A stretch of DNA of 20,755 nucleotides from Bdellovibrionota bacterium (GTDB lineage Bacteria; Bdellovibrionota_C; UBA2361; JBGSMV01), in the NCBI GenBank assembly GCA_044356455.1, contig JBIKWF010000077.1, positions 1 to 20,755 on the forward strand. The letters are read 5' to 3'. The notes under the pieces are model-generated. The model saw nothing but the letters and a program-made list of their open reading frames with translations. It made no database searches and was not told the origin of the DNA. The position numbers and the translations under genes are program-made. This document shows positions 17,348 through 20,755 of this stretch, in pieces (the stretch's first letter is position 1; every line of letters begins with the position of its first letter).

Positions 17348-18445
17348 ATGGTTCTTAGTGGATCTGGCTGGCCCTCGTCGTCAGACGACGCACTTCGAAA
17401 TGTTCTCCGCGGGGGGTCGCATCCCTTTCGACTTTATGCGCTTCAACTGGATGCAGAGCAGGATCGTGCCAAGCTTCTTCAGCTCACCGCAGGCTCTACT
17501 CTTCCCGGAGATGAGGAGATAGCACTTCTCTCTCTTTCTGGCGCGCAGGTCTCTCTCTCTGGTGCGCAGGAGGTTCGTTGTTTTTTCTCCGAACCCGCCG
17601 AGAAGGTGGGACGCGTTCAAGCCGAGAAGATCTTCGGAGAACAAGGCGCCCTTTTTCTAAAAGAGCATCCAGAAGCGCTCGGCATATGGCGCTTTCTTGC
17701 GAAGACCGACCTAGTCCATTCTCCTGTGAACTTGAGTTCCTTAACTTGCCTCTCCAATGGACCTGACACTTCACTTCATTGGCAAACGAACATTCGGGCA
17801 CTTGGTGCTCGATGGACGTTTACCTTCCTTCCAGGTGGCCAGGCGACTTTTTCACTCGAACTACCCGAGGAGGAAACTGTGGGACCGGCTCTCAGCATCG
17901 TAACTGAAGCAGCGATGGAGGCGAGCGCTGAAGAACCGCTGCGACTCGTACTGGAGTCTAACGCCAAAGGCTTACCACCTGGCATGGCACGCTATCAGAG
18001 CTCTATCATATCTGTGCTTCCGGTCCTCGAGAGCATCCTCTCACGCCTTCATCGCGAGGGCACTGTTGATTTTAATTCGCGCTCAGACGATTTCCGATTC
18101 CATTTGCCTAGAGTTACGCTTACCCATCAGGATAATGATCGTTGTGTTGATGTATTTGTTTCCTATCGCTATGACCATACTATGCTGGCGGGCTCTTACC
18201 CAGATTTCCTGAATCTCAGGCGCAACATTTCAGAGGCGCTGCATTCCTACCCGAATAGAAGTGATTACTGGGAGTCAGTAAACCACGCACTCGTACAGAT
18301 GCTCCTCAAACGGTATCCGTGTCTCCACAGAGTAGCGATTACTCTTGAGGTACATCCAGATTCCTCCGTGCCCTTCTTTCGAGCCTCAACGGTTGCGGTA
18401 TGTCGTCGCCATCTTCCGCTTGGCTGCGATGAAAAATTAAATTAG
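17348..18445 (+). CDS. Hypothetical protein with a C-terminal FolB-like (T-fold-like) domain
   Basis: Long ORF (start TTG 17288 or ATG 17348). The C-terminal ~105 aa contain YPDF...YPNRSDYWESVNHALVQMLLKRYPCLHRVAITLEV. The N-terminal region is not recognised. Confidence 0.6.
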   Translation: MVLSGSGWPSSSDDALRNVLRGGSHPFRLYALQLDAEQDRAKLLQLTAGSTLPGDEEIALLSLSGAQVSLSGAQEVRCFFSEPAEKVGRVQAEKIFGEQGALFLKEHPEALGIWRFLAKTDLVHSPVNLSSLTCLSNGPDTSLHWQTNIRALGARWTFTFLPGGQATFSLELPEEETVGPALSIVTEAAMEASAEEPLRLVLESNAKGLPPGMARYQSSIISVLPVLESILSRLHREGTVDFNSRSDDFRFHLPRVTLTHQDNDRCVDVFVSYRYDHTMLAGSYPDFLNLRRNISEALHSYPNRSDYWESVNHALVQMLLKRYPCLHRVAITLEVHPDSSVPFFRASTVAVCRRHLPLGCDEKLN

Positions 18446-18616
18446 GCGAGTTGCCCTCAGAAGAGCATCATACTCATCAGTTAATTGTGGCTCCCTTTTC
18501 CGCATGCCAATCCGCACGATTGTCTTGGCGGAAAGGATGTTGCCAACAGAGCTTCCCACCAAAGTGACTTCCCGCTAGGATTCCTGTACTTCACGAAAAG
18601 GGCGATCTGCAACGCT

Positions 18617-20596
18617 ATGAAAAAGAGAATCAACCAAAAATCTGTGTCTCAAAAAAAACGCACCCTTACGAAGAAAGCCGCCCCTCGCCGAACGAAAGCG
18701 GCGCGAAGTAAGTCCTCGCGTCTTCTCCGTCCCAAAGCAAAGGTGCCTTCTGACATCGAGATTGCGCAGTCCATTTCCCCTCTCCCCATTTCCCAGATCG
18801 CAAAGAAGGCGGGAATCAATGCGGACGAGCTCGTGCCTTATGGATACGACAAGGCAAAGGTCCGGCTCTCAATCAAGAAGCGCCTCTCAAAGAAGAAGCA
18901 GGGAGCATACGTGGTGGTCACCGCGATTACGCCCACTCCACTCGGTGAAGGGAAAACCACAACCACCGTGGGACTGTCACAAGCCTTAGGTGCCTATCTT
19001 GGAAAGCGCGTTTTTACCTGCATTCGGCAGCCCTCAATGGGGCCTACGTTTGGGATTAAAGGAGGCGCTGCAGGAGGAGGATACAGCCAAGTTATTCCGA
19101 TGGAGGACTTTAACCTTCACCTCACCGGCGACACCCATGCAGTAACCGCAGCCAACAATCTTCTTGCTGCCGCTATCGATGCACGGCTCCTCTACGAGGA
19201 GAAACAACCAGACGACCTTAAACTCATGCAGGCGCTCTGCCGCAAGGGACCTGATGGCGCACCAGTGTTCTCGCCTCATCACCTCCGCAGAATGCAGCGC
19301 CTTGGCATCACTGCCGCAAGTCCGCTTGAGCTCTCAGACGTTGACCGTTCCCGGGTCTTTCGCCTCGCCATTAATCCGGCAGCAATTACGTGGAACCGCG
19401 TACTTGATGTGAACGATAAAATGCTGCGAAAAATTCAAATCGGACTAGGAAAGGAGGAAGAATTTCCTCGCGAAACAGGTTTTGATATCGCAGTAGCAAG
19501 TGAAATCATGGCTATTTTGGCGCTGGCCACGAGCCTTGGGGATATGCAAGAGCGCCTTGGCAAAATGGTAGTTGCCCTCGATAAGCAGGGGGATCCCGTA
19601 ACCGCTGACGACATTGGCGCTCGGGGATCTCTTACTGCCATCATGAAAGATGCCGTGATGCCCACCCTTATGCAAACGCTTGAGGGCACTCCTGTGTTTG
19701 TACATGCCGGCCCGTTTGCAAATATTGCGCACGGCAATTCATCGGTTGTCGCTGATCAAATTGCCCTTGGACTCGCTGATTACGTGGTTACCGAGGCTGG
19801 ATTTGGTTCCGATATTGGGTTCGAAAAATTCAGCAATATAAAATGCAGGGCGAGTGGGATTACGCCTCATTGCGCAGTGCTCGTCGCCACTATTCGAGCT
19901 CTCAAAATGCACGGCGGGGGACCCAAGGTCGTTCCTGGGAAATCGCTTGACCCTGCCTATACCTCGGAGAACTTGGCACTCCTCGAAGCAGGTCTTCCGA
20001 ATCTTGAGCGTCATATTAAGAATGCCATTCGCTACGGAATCCCCGTGGTAGTTGCGGTCAATTCATTCTCAACCGACACAGAGAAAGAGCTTCAGTTAGT
20101 ACGCGAGGCTGCGCTTCGGTTTGGTGCGGTTGCCGCAGTTAAAAGCAACCACTGGGCAGAAGGCGGAAAAGGTGCGCTTGAACTAGGCAAAGCGGTGATT
20201 GCTGCCTGTAAGAAGAAGCCTTCTTTCTCCCACCTCTACGATCTTTCGAGCTCTATTAAGACAAAGATTGAAGCTATCGCTGCTAGTTATGGAGCTAGCT
20301 CAGTGGTGTATCTTCCAGAGGCCGAATCACGCATCGCACGCTATACTGAACTCGGATACGACAAGCTGCCTATTTGCATGGCAAAGACGCATCTCTCTTT
20401 TTCCGACAATGCAGAGCTCAAGGGTGCACCTACCGGCTTCACTATAACTATTAGGGACGTGCGCGCCTCAATTGGAGCGGGGTTCCTCTACCCCCTCGTG
20501 GGAACCATGCGTACCATGCCGGGGCTGCCGCCGCGCGGAGCCTTTGTCGACGTTGATGTGGATCCGGTAACGGAGAAAATTTCGGGGCTCTTCTAG
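18617..20596 (+). CDS. fhs: Formate--tetrahydrofolate ligase
   Basis: [76 protein letters not shown] 18617 preferred over TTG 18485. Confidence 0.97.
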   Translation: MKKRINQKSVSQKKRTLTKKAAPRRTKAARSKSSRLLRPKAKVPSDIEIAQSISPLPISQIAKKAGINADELVPYGYDKAKVRLSIKKRLSKKKQGAYVVVTAITPTPLGEGKTTTTVGLSQALGAYLGKRVFTCIRQPSMGPTFGIKGGAAGGGYSQVIPMEDFNLHLTGDTHAVTAANNLLAAAIDARLLYEEKQPDDLKLMQALCRKGPDGAPVFSPHHLRRMQRLGITAASPLELSDVDRSRVFRLAINPAAITWNRVLDVNDKMLRKIQIGLGKEEEFPRETGFDIAVASEIMAILALATSLGDMQERLGKMVVALDKQGDPVTADDIGARGSLTAIMKDAVMPTLMQTLEGTPVFVHAGPFANIAHGNSSVVADQIALGLADYVVTEAGFGSDIGFEKFSNIKCRASGITPHCAVLVATIRALKMHGGGPKVVPGKSLDPAYTSENLALLEAGLPNLERHIKNAIRYGIPVVVAVNSFSTDTEKELQLVREAALRFGAVAAVKSNHWAEGGKGALELGKAVIAACKKKPSFSHLYDLSSSIKTKIEAIAASYGASSVVYLPEAESRIARYTELGYDKLPICMAKTHLSFSDNAELKGAPTGFTITIRDVRASIGAGFLYPLVGTMRTMPGLPPRGAFVDVDVDPVTEKISGLF

Positions 20597-20629
20597 CCGC
20601 CATGTCTCGCGGGATCCCTAACGGGGCTG

Positions 20630-20755
20630 GTAGAGTCGAATTCAGGGCGCAGCGTCCGCGCCGTGCGGCGCGCGCCGATTCCCTGCATCCGCTCATCGAA
20701 CCGGACGTGCGGCTTTCCCGCATCCGGCTCTCCGATGGAGTTCTTACGACGCCCA
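20630..20755 (-). mobile_element. Group II intron 3' end (domains V and VI); the rest lies beyond the window
   Basis: Minus strand DV GAGCCGGATGCGGGAAAGCCGCACGTCCGGTTC (20730-20698) with AGC triad, GAAA-containing loop and AC bulge. DVI stem GAGCGGATGCAGGG...CCCTGAATTCG-A-CTC with bulged A at 20636; terminal CTCTAC ends at 20630. Confidence 0.92.

Noticed and set aside
18446..18616. ZTP or THF riboswitch upstream of fhs
   Set aside because: Only a short CTTTTCCGC/GCGGAAAGG pairing is visible and I could not find the conserved aptamer motifs. An Rfam scan would be decisive.
18485..18616. Extended TTG start for fhs
   Set aside because: No RBS and the translated segment does not look protein-like; ATG 18617 is more plausible.
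20451..20723. 90-aa minus-strand ORF MRESRTSGSMSG...
   Set aside because: It is a translation of intron DV/DVI RNA running antisense into fhs, not a credible protein.

Overview
Bacterial chromosomal window, mostly housekeeping and accessory genes. In order: a divergent pair of receiver-domain genes (one canonical CheY-like, one pseudo-receiver), clsB plus a YbhP-like EEP hydrolase, a dienelactone hydrolase, a small membrane protein with an M23 peptidase, a pesticin-like muramidase, GTP-dependent PEP carboxykinase, a TetR/MFP/RND efflux operon, manA, an NhaR-like LysR regulator, an unknown protein with a FolB-like C-terminus, and a formate--tetrahydrofolate ligase with a eukaryote-type insertion. 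The window ends inside the 3' end (domains V-VI) of a minus-strand group II intron. The most notable non-coding signal is a family of ~130-bp nested-palindrome, MITE-like elements (4 full copies, 1 variant). They have GGAACCTCTGAA-type termini flanked by YTAR-like tetramers, inner arms built from CCTCTGTG units, and within-copy compensatory changes, and most sit on or next to stop codons. Two adjoin a second family of GTAG-footed REP hairpins, and one lies beside a possible decayed GxxExxY gene. All calls come from reading motifs by eye; no searches were run.
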